From Parcubacteria group bacterium (GTDB taxonomy: Bacteria > Patescibacteriota > Minisyncoccia > UBA6257 > JACRHW01), in the NCBI GenBank assembly GCA_016217555.1, contig JACRHW010000016.1, positions 8,845 through 72,844 of the forward strand: 64,000 bases of DNA, in the 5' to 3' direction. The translations under genes and the position numbers were made by a program. This document shows positions 8,973-18,130 of the stretch, piece by piece. Under the pieces are notes generated by a model. It was given only the letters and a program-made list of their open reading frames with translations, was not told where the DNA came from and did not search any database. Position 1 is the stretch's first letter. Each line of letters begins with the position of its first letter.

Positions 8973-9377
8973 ATGGCATTCCCACTATTTAAAAAAACTG
9001 ACGTAAAGAAAACCAGCCCAAAGAAAAAAGAGGCGCAGGTTTTTGTTGGTCCACAAAGTAATGAGAAAATCGGTGCCGCTGTTCACACGAAGGTAGGGTT
9101 ACGATGGGATCTCGTAAAACACCCGTGGTTTACAGAGAAGGCGTTAAATGGGACCGCACAAAATAAATATGTTTTTAAGGTTGCTCAAGGTGCAAACAAA
9201 CCGGAAATCAAGAAACTTATTGAACGTGGTTATAACGTAAAAGTTTCCTCGGTGCATATGGTAAACATTCCTGGGAAACCTCGAAGGCGTGGTGCACATA
9301 AAGGAGAAAAACCAGGCTACAAAAAAGCGATTGTTACCTTAAGGAAGGGAAGTACATTAGAAGTTGCTACTCAATAA
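8973..9377 (+). CDS. rplW: 50S ribosomal protein L23 (with N-terminal Lys-rich extension)
   Basis: 134 aa; core ...KYVFKVAQGANKPEIKKLIE...; operon position. Confidence 0.9.
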   Translation: MAFPLFKKTDVKKTSPKKKEAQVFVGPQSNEKIGAAVHTKVGLRWDLVKHPWFTEKALNGTAQNKYVFKVAQGANKPEIKKLIERGYNVKVSSVHMVNIPGKPRRRGAHKGEKPGYKKAIVTLRKGSTLEVATQ

Positions 9378-9378
9378 T

Positions 9379-10209
9379 ATGAAAAAGTACGCTCCAAAAA
9401 CACCATCATTGCGTCACACAACAGTAACTGACTACTCGGGGTTGAGTAGTGTTGCTCCATTTCCTGGACTTATTGGAAAAGTAACCAAAAAAGGAGGAAG
9501 AAATCACCACGGGAGAATTACGGTACGCCATCAGGGGGGAGAAAATAAGAAACGTTATCGAATGGTAGATTTCCGACAGAACAAAGTAAACATTCCAGCG
9601 ATTGTAAAAACGTTAGAGTACGATCCCTATCGTACCGCGTTTATTGCGCTTGTGTGCTATAAAGACGGAGAATATCGTTATCTTCTTGCTCCTCATGGAT
9701 TAAAGATTGGTGATGAAATTATTACATCTGAATCAGCACCTTTTAAGCCAGGGAACAGAGTTCCTTTGGGTATAATTCCCCCTGGTCAGCAGGTACACAA
9801 CATTGAGTTGGAACCAGGCAGGGGTGGTGCATTGATACGATCCGCTGGTTCCTATGCAGAGGTGTTAGGTCACGACGGGAAACATACCCATCTTAAGATG
9901 CCATCCAGCGAAATTCGTATGGTGCTTTCCCTTTCTTATGCGAGCATTGGCCAGCTTTCAAATCCTGAACACAACCTTACCAATACAGGGAAAGCGGGAA
10001 AGTCTCGTCACAAAGGGATACGCCCAACAGTACGGGGATCGGTTATGAATCCAAGAGATCATCCTTATGGCGGTGGTGAAGGTAAACAATCTCGTGGTAC
10101 ACGAAGAAGTAAGGATAAATGGGGTAACATCACAGGAGGGAGAAAAACGCGAAGAAAGAAAAAGTGGAGTGGAAAGTTAATACTTCAGAGAAGGAAGAAG
10201 AAAAAATAG
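9379..10209 (+). CDS. rplB: 50S ribosomal protein L2
   Basis: ...HGRITVRHQGGENKKRYRMVDF...; ATG at 9379 immediately after rplW stop (track ORF from 9364). Confidence 0.95.
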   Translation: MKKYAPKTPSLRHTTVTDYSGLSSVAPFPGLIGKVTKKGGRNHHGRITVRHQGGENKKRYRMVDFRQNKVNIPAIVKTLEYDPYRTAFIALVCYKDGEYRYLLAPHGLKIGDEIITSESAPFKPGNRVPLGIIPPGQQVHNIELEPGRGGALIRSAGSYAEVLGHDGKHTHLKMPSSEIRMVLSLSYASIGQLSNPEHNLTNTGKAGKSRHKGIRPTVRGSVMNPRDHPYGGGEGKQSRGTRRSKDKWGNITGGRKTRRKKKWSGKLILQRRKKKK

Positions 10210-10212
10210 AAA

Positions 10213-10241
10213 GAACGTACGCATTCGAGTGCAGTACGTTC
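10213..10241 (+). terminator. hairpin after rplB (no U-tract)
   Basis: gaacgtac gcattcgagtgca gtacgttc. Confidence 0.3.
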
Positions 10242-10280
10242 TCCAGGCTAGTTGAAAAATTTTAAGTAATAGAGTATAAT

Positions 10281-10358
10281 CACAAGCGAGCAAAAATGAG
10301 AATTTACTTTCATTTTCTGCGAGCGCAGTGATTATATATCCATCAGGATATATAATCT
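10281..10358 (+). repeat. ~75-bp structured element E1 (inverted partner at 12510-12580)
   Basis: cacaagcgagca aaaatgagaatttactttcatttt ctgcgagcgcagtg + 12-bp palindrome gattatatatcc atca ggatatataatc; E2 is its reverse complement with a diverged central hairpin. Confidence 0.65.
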
Positions 10359-10402
10359 TTTATTCCTAATAAACTAACACCTAAAAAGCTAATAGCTATT
10401 CT

Positions 10403-10696
10403 ATGAGTAGATCAATTAAAAAAGGTCCCTATGTTGACGAGAAGCTTTCCGCAAGAGTAGCTACATTAAAATCGGGTGCAAAAATTGTTATCAATACATG
10501 GTCAAGAGCTTCTTCTATTACTCCAGAAATGGTAGGTGCAACAGTAAACGTCCATAATGGTAAAGTATTTGTCCCCGTGTTTATTATGGAAGAAATGGTA
10601 GGACACAAATTGGGAGAATTTTCCCCTACAAAGAAGTTTGTACGCCATGGTGGAAAAATGCAGAAGGAACTTGAACAAAAAGCAAAAACAGACTAA
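10403..10696 (+). CDS. rpsS: 30S ribosomal protein S19
   Basis: 97 aa; ...KGPYVDEKL...[12 protein letters not shown]... Confidence 0.95.
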   Translation: MSRSIKKGPYVDEKLSARVATLKSGAKIVINTWSRASSITPEMVGATVNVHNGKVFVPVFIMEEMVGHKLGEFSPTKKFVRHGGKMQKELEQKAKTD

Positions 10697-10701
10697 TAGT
10701 T

Positions 10702-11238
10702 ATGTCACAAACAACCTCAAAAGCAACATTACGATATCTTCACATCGCGCCAAGAAAGACGAGGTTGGTTGCTAGTCTTTTGAAAGGAAAATCGGTGGGG
10801 GCAGCAGAGGCTGAATTGAGATACAGCACCAAAAGGGCAGCAAAGCCAATTTTGAAACTTTTGCAATCCGTTGTTGCAAATGCAAAAGCAGCCTCCCTTG
10901 AACCAGAAAAGCTTTATATTGTTGATTTAAGAGTTGATCAAGGTCCCATGTCTAAACGTTTTATGCCTCGTGCAAGCGGAAGGGCAACGACCATCCAAAA
11001 AAAGACCTCCCACATCTATATTACCGTTGCAGAAAGAAAAACAGGCACTCAAAAATTCAGAGAGTTCTATAAGCCACAAAGCAAGAAGGAGGCGAAGCAG
11101 CTCGTGAAAGATTTTGAAAAGGAAAAAAGTAAGAAGGCAAGCGATGCAAAAAAAGAGGGTGGTTCGACACATTCCACTACAGGCGGAGCAGAAACCCAGG
11201 GGGTTATTAAAAAAATGTTTAGAAGAAAATCAGTTTAA
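10702..11238 (+). CDS. rplV: 50S ribosomal protein L22 with ~65-aa Lys-rich C-terminal extension
   Basis: 178 aa; core LRYLHIAPRKTRLVASLL...; extension KKEAKQLVKDFEKEKSKK... Confidence 0.9.
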   Translation: MSQTTSKATLRYLHIAPRKTRLVASLLKGKSVGAAEAELRYSTKRAAKPILKLLQSVVANAKAASLEPEKLYIVDLRVDQGPMSKRFMPRASGRATTIQKKTSHIYITVAERKTGTQKFREFYKPQSKKEAKQLVKDFEKEKSKKASDAKKEGGSTHSTTGGAETQGVIKKMFRRKSV

Positions 11239-11243
11239 GTTTT

Positions 11244-11918
11244 ATGGGACACAAAATTCACCCAAAATCATTTCGTCTTGGTGTGCAGAGTACATGGACA
11301 AGCAAATGGCTTACACCCAAGAAAAAATTTCCTTATCTTCTAGAGGAGGATTGGAATATTCGCGAGTATTTAACAACACGGCTCAAACATACCGAAGTTG
11401 ATTCTATTTCTATTGAACGTTCTGGAAGTAATCTTAAAATAACCATTCGTGTCTCGAAACCAGGCCTTGTGATTGGTAAAGGGGGGAAAGACATCGAACT
11501 TTTGAAAAAAGGTATTGAGAAAATTTTAGTTGCCATCTCAAAAAAATATCCCAAACTCGCTCCGACAAAACGCACCCTTTCTCTAAATGTTGAGGAGGTT
11601 CCAAAACAGGACACAAGCGCAACGGTAATGGCCCAAGAGCTTGCAGGACAGATTGAACGACGAAATCCTTTTCGAAGAACAATGAAAAGATATTTGGATC
11701 TTATTTTACAAAATCCAAAAATTTCTGGTGCAAAAATACGCATGTCTGGCAGGTTGGATGGAAATGAAATTTCGCGTGCCGAATGGCTTGCAAAAGGAAA
11801 AATTCCTCTTCAGACGCTTCGTGCACTTATTGATTACGGGGAGGCAACAGCGCATTGCACATATGGTGCGGTCGGAATCAAGGTCTGGATTTATAAAGGA
11901 GAATTTTCTACAGAATAA
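11244..11918 (+). CDS. rpsC: 30S ribosomal protein S3
   Basis: 224 aa; MGHKIHPKSFRLGV...KH domain. Confidence 0.95.
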   Translation: MGHKIHPKSFRLGVQSTWTSKWLTPKKKFPYLLEEDWNIREYLTTRLKHTEVDSISIERSGSNLKITIRVSKPGLVIGKGGKDIELLKKGIEKILVAISKKYPKLAPTKRTLSLNVEEVPKQDTSATVMAQELAGQIERRNPFRRTMKRYLDLILQNPKISGAKIRMSGRLDGNEISRAEWLAKGKIPLQTLRALIDYGEATAHCTYGAVGIKVWIYKGEFSTE

Positions 11919-11923
11919 CCAGT

Positions 11924-12337
11924 ATGATGATTCCCAAAAAGGTAAAACATAGAAAGTGGCAAAAGGGACGAAACAAAGGACGTCTTACTGAAACACGTGG
12001 AACCAAGCTTACCTATGGGATGCTTGGACTTCAAGCATCTGAAGCGGCGTGGATAAATTCACGACAAATAGAAGCAGCGAGAAAATCTATTGTTTTTTTC
12101 TTAAAAAAGGGTGGAAAACTTTGGATTCGCATTTTTCCGGATAAACCAGTCACAAAACGTCCTCCTGAAGTAACCATGGGTGGAGGTAAGGGGGCAGTAG
12201 ACCATTACGTGTTTCCTGTACGCCCTGGAAGAATGTTGTTCGAAATAGACGGTCTTTTAGAGGCTAATGCGCGTGAGGCTCTTCGAAGAGCGGCACACAA
12301 GCTTCCTATTAAAACAAGAGTTATTACTAGAATATGA
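11924..12337 (+). CDS. rplP: 50S ribosomal protein L16
   Basis: 137 aa; ...KHRKWQKGRNKG... Confidence 0.95.
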   Translation: MMIPKKVKHRKWQKGRNKGRLTETRGTKLTYGMLGLQASEAAWINSRQIEAARKSIVFFLKKGGKLWIRIFPDKPVTKRPPEVTMGGGKGAVDHYVFPVRPGRMLFEIDGLLEANAREALRRAAHKLPIKTRVITRI

Positions 12338-12528
12338 AAATAAGCGAATTACGTGAACTAAATAAGGATGAGCTTGCAAAAGCACTTCATGAAAAACGCC
12401 AGACCTTAAAAGACCTGCGGTTTGAAATTGCTCAAGGCAAGGTTAAAAATGCTCATGTAATTCGATCGACAAAGAAAGACGTAGCGCAAATATTAACGGT
12501 TTTTAATAGTATACCTACGGGTATATAA
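12334..12528 (+). CDS. rpmC: 50S ribosomal protein L29
   Basis: 64 aa; MKISELRELNKDELAKALHEKRQTL...; ATGA overlap with rplP. Confidence 0.9.
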   Translation: MKISELRELNKDELAKALHEKRQTLKDLRFEIAQGKVKNAHVIRSTKKDVAQILTVFNSIPTGI

Positions 12529-12580
12529 CCACTGCGCTCGCATAATACGAAAATAAATTTTCGTTTACTGCTCGCTTGTG
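12510..12580 (-). repeat. ~70-bp structured element E2 (inverted copy of E1 at 10281-10358)
   Basis: tatacctacgggtata palindrome + cactgcgctcgca taatacgaaaataaattttcgtttac tgctcgcttgtg; arms are exact reverse complements of E1 arms. Confidence 0.65.
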
Positions 12581-12594
12581 GTTATAAATAACAT

Positions 12595-12888
12595 ATGGCA
12601 CATCGAACTTTTGAGGGTGTTGTGGTGAGTGATGCGATGCAAAAAACACGTGTGGTTGAGATTACTCGATTCAAAAAACACCCACGATATCATAAGCTAT
12701 TGAAGGTTTCAGAAAGACTAAAGGCTCATGATGAAAAAAATGAGTTTAGGAGTGGAGATAAGGTTATTATCGAAGAAACAAGACCTCTCTCTAGACAAAA
12801 GCGCTGGAATATCGTTAAATTAGTAGCCCGTAAAATTGAGGAGGTGGCTGATAGCATATCTCTTGCTGAGCAAGCGCCTAAAAGCTAA
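12595..12888 (+). CDS. rpsQ: 30S ribosomal protein S17
   Basis: 97 aa; ...[18 protein letters not shown]... Confidence 0.93.
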   Translation: MAHRTFEGVVVSDAMQKTRVVEITRFKKHPRYHKLLKVSERLKAHDEKNEFRSGDKVIIEETRPLSRQKRWNIVKLVARKIEEVADSISLAEQAPKS

Positions 12889-12890
12889 CT

Positions 12891-13262
12891 ATGATTCAAG
12901 ACAAGACAATTTTACAAGTTGCAGATAATTCTGGCGCAAAAACCATACGTTGTTTTAAAGTACTTGGTGGATCAAAACGTCGTTATGCAAGCATAGGAGA
13001 TATTATCGTTGCTTCTGTGCAGGGGGCTGAACCAAGAAAAGCAGTCAAAAAGAAAGACATTGTAAAAGCACTTGTAGTACGAACAAGGGATGTATTGAGA
13101 AGAAATAATGGCACCAGTGTTCGTTTCGGTGAAAATGCGGTGGTGATTCTCGATACAAATTTGACAGATCCAAAGGCAAGTCGTATTTTTGGTCCCATTC
13201 CAAGAGAGCTTAAGGAGAAGGGATATACCAAAATTATATCAATGGCAGAAAATATCGTTTAG
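12891..13262 (+). CDS. rplN: 50S ribosomal protein L14
   Basis: 123 aa; MIQDKTILQVADNSGAK... Confidence 0.95.
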   Translation: MIQDKTILQVADNSGAKTIRCFKVLGGSKRRYASIGDIIVASVQGAEPRKAVKKKDIVKALVVRTRDVLRRNNGTSVRFGENAVVILDTNLTDPKASRIFGPIPRELKEKGYTKIISMAENIV

Positions 13263-13274
13263 TTCCACAAAACC

Positions 13275-13577
13275 ATGATAAAGAAAGGAGATAATGTATA
13301 CGTAGTAACAGGGAAAGAGCGCGGAAAAACCGGACGCGTATTAAAGGTGATACGAGAAATAGGGAGAGTGGTAGTTGAAGGAGTTAACGTCCACAAGAAA
13401 CATATGCGTCCAAAGAAACAAGGACAGAAGGGCGAAATTGTCTCTGTTTCAAGGAGCATGAATGTTTCAAATGTAATGATTGTCTGTTCAAAGTGTGGTC
13501 AGAGGACGAGGATGGGCCACACAATGACAGGAGATACAAAAACAAGAACATGCAAAAAATGTAAGGGAGAAGTATAA
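13275..13577 (+). CDS. rplX: 50S ribosomal protein L24 with C-terminal zinc-ribbon-like extension
   Basis: 100 aa; KOW motif ...GDNVYVVTGKERGKTG...; tail CSKCG...CKKCKG. Confidence 0.9.
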   Translation: MIKKGDNVYVVTGKERGKTGRVLKVIREIGRVVVEGVNVHKKHMRPKKQGQKGEIVSVSRSMNVSNVMIVCSKCGQRTRMGHTMTGDTKTRTCKKCKGEV

Positions 13578-13591
13578 TACACCACACCAGT

Positions 13592-14119
13592 ATGCCTAAA
13601 AAGACAGCTACAAAAGAAAATAGTATGGCGACACCTCGAATCACGAAGGTGGTGCTTAATACAGGTATCGGAAGGATAATGAACCAGACCAAAAATCAAA
13701 AAGAAGTACTTCAGGATGTTACTCGTCTTTTTCAATCTCTGGGGGGGCAAAAACCACAAGTTATCACCAGCAACAAGTCAATTGCTACGTTTAAATTGAG
13801 AAAAGGCATGCCTATTGGTTTGAGAATTACTCTCCGGGGAAAACGAGCCCATGATTTTATTAAAAGACTTGTGAGCCTCGTTTTACCTCGCGTACGTGAT
13901 TTTAGAGGTATTGCTCACTCTTCTCTTTCAACAAATAGTTTATCGTTAGGTTTCAGAGAACATATTGTGTTTCCTGAGGTAATGAATGAGAATGCTAAAG
14001 TACCGTTTTCCCTACAAGCAACAATTGTCACTACCTCAAAGACACAAGATGAGGCGAAAACCCTTTTTGAATCAATAGGAATAAGATTTTCCGCTCTAGA
14101 AAGTGGAAAGAAAAAATAA
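13592..14119 (+). CDS. rplE: 50S ribosomal protein L5
   Basis: 175 aa; ...RITKVVLNTGIG... Confidence 0.93.
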   Translation: MPKKTATKENSMATPRITKVVLNTGIGRIMNQTKNQKEVLQDVTRLFQSLGGQKPQVITSNKSIATFKLRKGMPIGLRITLRGKRAHDFIKRLVSLVLPRVRDFRGIAHSSLSTNSLSLGFREHIVFPEVMNENAKVPFSLQATIVTTSKTQDEAKTLFESIGIRFSALESGKKK

Positions 14120-14131
14120 GAACAGAAACAT

Positions 14132-14317
14132 ATGGCAAAAGCTTCAGTAATTGCACGCGCATTAAAACCTCCAAAATTCAGTACTCGAATAGTACGTCGA
14201 TGTTTTAAGTGTGGAAGAAAGAGGGGATATATACGAGATTTTAATCTTTGCAGAATTTGTTTTCGCGAGCTTGGGTCTCGAGGTCAAATCCCAGGAGTAA
14301 GAAAATCATCATGGTAA
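14132..14317 (+). CDS. rpsN: 30S ribosomal protein S14 type Z (zinc-binding)
   Basis: 61 aa; [23 protein letters not shown] with a CxxC...CxxC zinc-binding motif. Confidence 0.93.
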   Translation: MAKASVIARALKPPKFSTRIVRRCFKCGRKRGYIRDFNLCRICFRELGSRGQIPGVRKSSW

Positions 14318-14324
14318 CAAAATT

Positions 14325-14711
14325 ATGAATCCTTTTTTGGAAATGATAATAAAAATTAAGAATGCATATCTTGCTAAGAAAGATATGGTTAAAGTTACTT
14401 CCTCTCGATTTAATGTAAAGATTGCCGATGTTCTCGTGCGAGAAGGTTATCTTGAAAGCGTGATTAAAAAGGGAAGAGGTATTAAAAAGTATCTTGAGAT
14501 AAAACTCGCATACAAGGAGGGTGTGCCCAATATTACCAAGCTTGGATTAGTAAGTAAGCCTGGACGCCGTGTTTATAAAGGAGCGGCGGAGATAAGGAGG
14601 GTGAGAAACGGATATGGAATGAGTCTTATTTCCACTTCTCATGGTCTATTAACCGATAAAGAAGCACGTGCGAAAAAATTGGGGGGAGAGGTGCTTCTCG
14701 AAGTATACTAA
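14325..14711 (+). CDS. rpsH: 30S ribosomal protein S8
   Basis: 128 aa; S8 fold motifs; operon position. Confidence 0.92.
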   Translation: MNPFLEMIIKIKNAYLAKKDMVKVTSSRFNVKIADVLVREGYLESVIKKGRGIKKYLEIKLAYKEGVPNITKLGLVSKPGRRVYKGAAEIRRVRNGYGMSLISTSHGLLTDKEARAKKLGGEVLLEVY

Positions 14712-14712
14712 C

Positions 14713-15261
14713 ATGTCAAAGATAGGAAAAAAAGAAATTATTGTTCCTAAGGACGTAACTGTTACCATAGATACGGGGGCTATTACTGTTTCTGGAAAAA
14801 AAGGAAAGGTATCTGTCCACCGACTTAATGGAATTCTGGTTTCAAATAATAATGGGGTGATACTCGTCGAAAGACCAGAACATTCTCACAATAAAAAAAT
14901 TAATGCTTTCTGGGGGACACAACAGTCAATCCTTGCGGGTGCGGTAAAAGGGGTTCAGGTTGGATATGAAAAGAAATTAGAGCTCGAAGGAGTAGGATAT
15001 AAAGCAATAATGGAGGGAAGAACACTTGTCCTCAGCCTTGGCCTTAGCCATACCATTCGCGTTGAATCTCCCGATGGAATAGATATTGTAGTGGTAAAAA
15101 ATAGTATGACTATTTCTGGTGCTGACAAAGCTCTTGTGGGGCAAGTTGCTGCAAATATCCGTGCATTTAAGAAACCGGAGCCGTATAAGGGAAAGGGTAT
15201 CAGATACGCAGGTGAAATTATTCGTCGTAAATCTGGTAAGAAGATGGCAGGTTCTGCATAA
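14713..15261 (+). CDS. rplF: 50S ribosomal protein L6
   Basis: MSKIGKKEIIVPKDVTV...; ATG at 14713 one nt after rpsH stop (track ORF from 14668). Confidence 0.93.
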   Translation: MSKIGKKEIIVPKDVTVTIDTGAITVSGKKGKVSVHRLNGILVSNNNGVILVERPEHSHNKKINAFWGTQQSILAGAVKGVQVGYEKKLELEGVGYKAIMEGRTLVLSLGLSHTIRVESPDGIDIVVVKNSMTISGADKALVGQVAANIRAFKKPEPYKGKGIRYAGEIIRRKSGKKMAGSA

Positions 15262-15281
15262 ATTTTTAAGAGAACTACGTT

Positions 15282-15638
15282 ATGAAAAGAAAAACAAATA
15301 AAAAATCATTGCGCGAGGCACGTCATAGAAAAATCCGCAAAACAGTAGCAGGCACTTTGGAGCGCCCAAGACTCGCTGTCTTTAAATCAAGCCAGCATAT
15401 CTATGCACGGGTTATTGACGATGAACGAGGGACTACTCTCCTTGCTGTTTCTGACAAAGAAGTTTCTGGTGGTAAGAAGACTAAAAAGGAAAAAGCGGTT
15501 GAGGTGGGAGAACTTGTCGCCTTGCGTGCAGAAAAAGCGAAGATCATAAAGGTGGTTTTTGATAGAGGTGGGTTTCCCTATGCAGGACGTATCAAGGCTC
15601 TTGGAGATTCCGCAAGAAATAAAGGGCTTCAATTTTAA
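15282..15638 (+). CDS. rplR: 50S ribosomal protein L18
   Basis: 118 aa; ...RHRKIRKTV.GT.ERPRLAVF.S..HIYA... Confidence 0.93.
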   Translation: MKRKTNKKSLREARHRKIRKTVAGTLERPRLAVFKSSQHIYARVIDDERGTTLLAVSDKEVSGGKKTKKEKAVEVGELVALRAEKAKIIKVVFDRGGFPYAGRIKALGDSARNKGLQF

Positions 15639-15650
15639 TTATTAGACATT

Positions 15651-16118
15651 ATGGATTACAGAAATAAACAAGTTAAGGACGGCTATGATGCTATTACGGT
15701 TGACCTTTCGCGCGTAACTCGTGTCGTTGCAGGTGGAAAACGTATGAGTTTTCGAGCAACCGTGGCGGTTGGAAATAAGCTGGGAGAGGTTGGTCTTGGA
15801 GTAGGAAAGGGGCTTGATGTCGCGCAATCACTTGATAAGGCAAAGGCAAATGCGAAAAAACAACTTATGCGAGTTTCTATTAAAAATGGAACCATTCCTC
15901 ACGAAGTCCAGGGAAAATTTGGTGCAGCATATGTTATTATCAAACCAGCAGCAAAGGGAAGGGGAGTTATTGCGGGAAGTTCAGTACGCAGTATTTTAAC
16001 TCTTGCAGGATATTCCGATATTTCTGCAAAAATTTTATCAACTACAAAGAACAAACTCAATAATGCTCGCGCTGCACTTGTCGCTCTACAATCAATAGCA
16101 GGACACTCTAAAAAATAA
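15651..16118 (+). CDS. rpsE: 30S ribosomal protein S5
   Basis: 155 aa; ...RVTRVVAGGKRMSFRA.VAVGN..G.VG.G.GK... Confidence 0.95.
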   Translation: MDYRNKQVKDGYDAITVDLSRVTRVVAGGKRMSFRATVAVGNKLGEVGLGVGKGLDVAQSLDKAKANAKKQLMRVSIKNGTIPHEVQGKFGAAYVIIKPAAKGRGVIAGSSVRSILTLAGYSDISAKILSTTKNKLNNARAALVALQSIAGHSKK

Positions 16119-16120
16119 TT

Positions 16121-16555
16121 ATGCAATTACATGAAGTAAAATCAGAGCACCCAGGAAGGAAATCAAAGAGAGTGGGGCGTGGTGGAAAAAGAGGTACCAC
16201 GTCAGGTCATGGGCAAAAGGGACAAAAGTCCCGTGCGGGAAAAAGCATCAAACCTAATGTTAGGGAGATGTTATTACGTTTTCCTAAATTGCGTGGAATA
16301 AATTTCAAATCTACAAAGGCAAAAGTATATCCTATCTCACTTGATATGCTAGGAAAGGTAGTAGAGAATAAAGAAGTAGTTACCCTGCAGTGGCTTCTCA
16401 AAAAACGCCTTGCAAAGAAATCGGGTGGAAAAAGTCCTTCTGTTAAAATTCTTGATGGGAAAGTTGAATTTACAAAGGTAATTACAGTTAAGGGAGTTTC
16501 TGTCTCGGAATCTGCAAAAAAACGTATCTTAGACCAAGGAGGAACTATTGAATAA
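16121..16555 (+). CDS. rplO: 50S ribosomal protein L15 (directly after S5; no L30 gene)
   Basis: 144 aa; ...GRGGKRGTTSGHGQKGQKSRAG...; only 2 nt separate rpsE stop and rplO start. Confidence 0.93.
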   Translation: MQLHEVKSEHPGRKSKRVGRGGKRGTTSGHGQKGQKSRAGKSIKPNVREMLLRFPKLRGINFKSTKAKVYPISLDMLGKVVENKEVVTLQWLLKKRLAKKSGGKSPSVKILDGKVEFTKVITVKGVSVSESAKKRILDQGGTIE

Positions 16556-16703
16556 ATATTTTTATGTGAGAACCTGTGTAGTTGAATGAAATGCGAGGCA
16601 TAGGCGAGAAACGGACTGAGCTGTATTACGGATGATACAGCGAAGGAGTATCGGAACCTATAACGAAGCAGTTCGTCAGATACATAAGTTCTCATACTAC
16701 GCA

Positions 16704-17975
16704 ATGGATAAAGAAACATTATTTCAGGTATTTACCTCGAAGGAGCTACGAAGAAAAATATTCACAGTTCTTGGCATGCTTATTGTAGTGCGTCTTCTCG
16801 CAAGCATTCCTGTTCCCGGAGTAGATGTATTACGTCTCAAAAGTTTTTTGGCATCAAATCAACTTTTTGGGCTTTTTAATTTATTCTCCGGTGGATCATT
16901 TTCAAATTTTTCAGTAGCAATGCTTGGTGTGGGACCTTATATTACCGCGACGATTATTATGCAACTTCTCACTATGATATTTCCTGTGTTTAAGGAAATG
17001 TATCATGAAGAAGGCGAAGCGGGGAGACAAAAGTTTAACCAATATTCTCGCATGCTTACCGTGCCTCTTGCGATGCTTCAGGGGTTTGGTTTTTTACGAC
17101 TTCTTCAATCACAAAGAATTATCGATATCCTTTCGCCTTTTGACATGATATGGAATATGGTGCTTATTATCGCAGGAAGTATGATTCTTATGTGGCTTGG
17201 TGAACTTATTACTGAACAAAAAATAGGCAATGGCGTCTCCCTTATTATTTTCGGAGGTATTGTTTCGGGTGCTCCACAAAAAGTATGGCAACTTCTTCAA
17301 ACATACGACTCAAGACTTCTCCCCACCTACCTCGGATTCCTTATTATGGGGCTTCTTGTTGTTATAGGGGTTATTTTCATCAATGAAGGAGAGCGTAAAA
17401 TTCCTATCTCCTATGCAAAACAAGTAAGGGGTTCAAAAATGTATGGTGGAGGTTCTACGTATTTACCACTTCGCCTCATCCAGGCAGGTGTTATTCCTAT
17501 CATTTTCGCAATATCAGTTCTTCTTTTTCCACAATTCTTAGCGCAAATACTTACTGTGTTCCATATCGAGTGGGCAAGTGGATTACAAGACTTGGTTTCA
17601 CGATTCTATGCAAGCAAGTTGATTTATAACATTGCCTACTTTATGCTCGTGGTACTTTTTACCTACTTCTATACTGCGATTACCTTCGATCCAAGCGAGA
17701 TTGCTAAAAATCTCCAACGTTTTGGTGGTTTCATCCCAGGAATTCGACCTGGTGTTTCCACCGCCGAATTCATTAGTAAGGTGGTAAATCGTATTACCCT
17801 TTTTGGTGCCTTTGGTTTAGGGCTTATCGCAATCCTTCCTAACATGGTTCAAGCAGCAAGCGGAATCAGTGCCTTTAGTCTTGGTGGTACGGCTCTCCTC
17901 ATCGTGGTTTCGGTTGCAATTGAGACGATGAAGCAGATACAATCTCAAGTAGTGATGCGCGAGTATGAGGTGTAA
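16704..17975 (+). CDS. secY: preprotein translocase subunit SecY
   Basis: 10 TM helices; ...GIMPYI.A.II.QLL...; ATG at 16704 (track ORF from 16632). Confidence 0.92.
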   Translation: MDKETLFQVFTSKELRRKIFTVLGMLIVVRLLASIPVPGVDVLRLKSFLASNQLFGLFNLFSGGSFSNFSVAMLGVGPYITATIIMQLLTMIFPVFKEMYHEEGEAGRQKFNQYSRMLTVPLAMLQGFGFLRLLQSQRIIDILSPFDMIWNMVLIIAGSMILMWLGELITEQKIGNGVSLIIFGGIVSGAPQKVWQLLQTYDSRLLPTYLGFLIMGLLVVIGVIFINEGERKIPISYAKQVRGSKMYGGGSTYLPLRLIQAGVIPIIFAISVLLFPQFLAQILTVFHIEWASGLQDLVSRFYASKLIYNIAYFMLVVLFTYFYTAITFDPSEIAKNLQRFGGFIPGIRPGVSTAEFISKVVNRITLFGAFGLGLIAILPNMVQAASGISAFSLGGTALLIVVSVAIETMKQIQSQVVMREYEV

Positions 17976-18005
17976 AAAAAGTTTGGTATACTAGAATTAT
18001 ATGAA

Positions 18006-18130
18006 CCCCGTTAGAAATTGCAACATTTACAAAATATATTCATTGCTATGTTTTATAAAAAGTCGTTTGTCATTAATACTACAGGAAACTCCAATTTCTA
18101 ACGGGGTTTACCTCTAACGGGATGAAATTT
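18006..18130 (+). repeat. ~100-bp element with 15-bp terminal inverted repeats, copy 1, running into the adk start codon
   Basis: ccccgttagaaattg ... caatttctaacgggg (perfect TIR) then tttacctctaacgggATGAAATT; near-identical copy at 20013-20139. Confidence 0.85.

Noticed and set aside
10281-12580. Interpretation of the E1/E2 inverted pair as an invertible DNA switch
   Set aside because: Inversion would flip five essential r-protein genes away from their promoter, and no recombinase is nearby. It is retained only as a structural observation.
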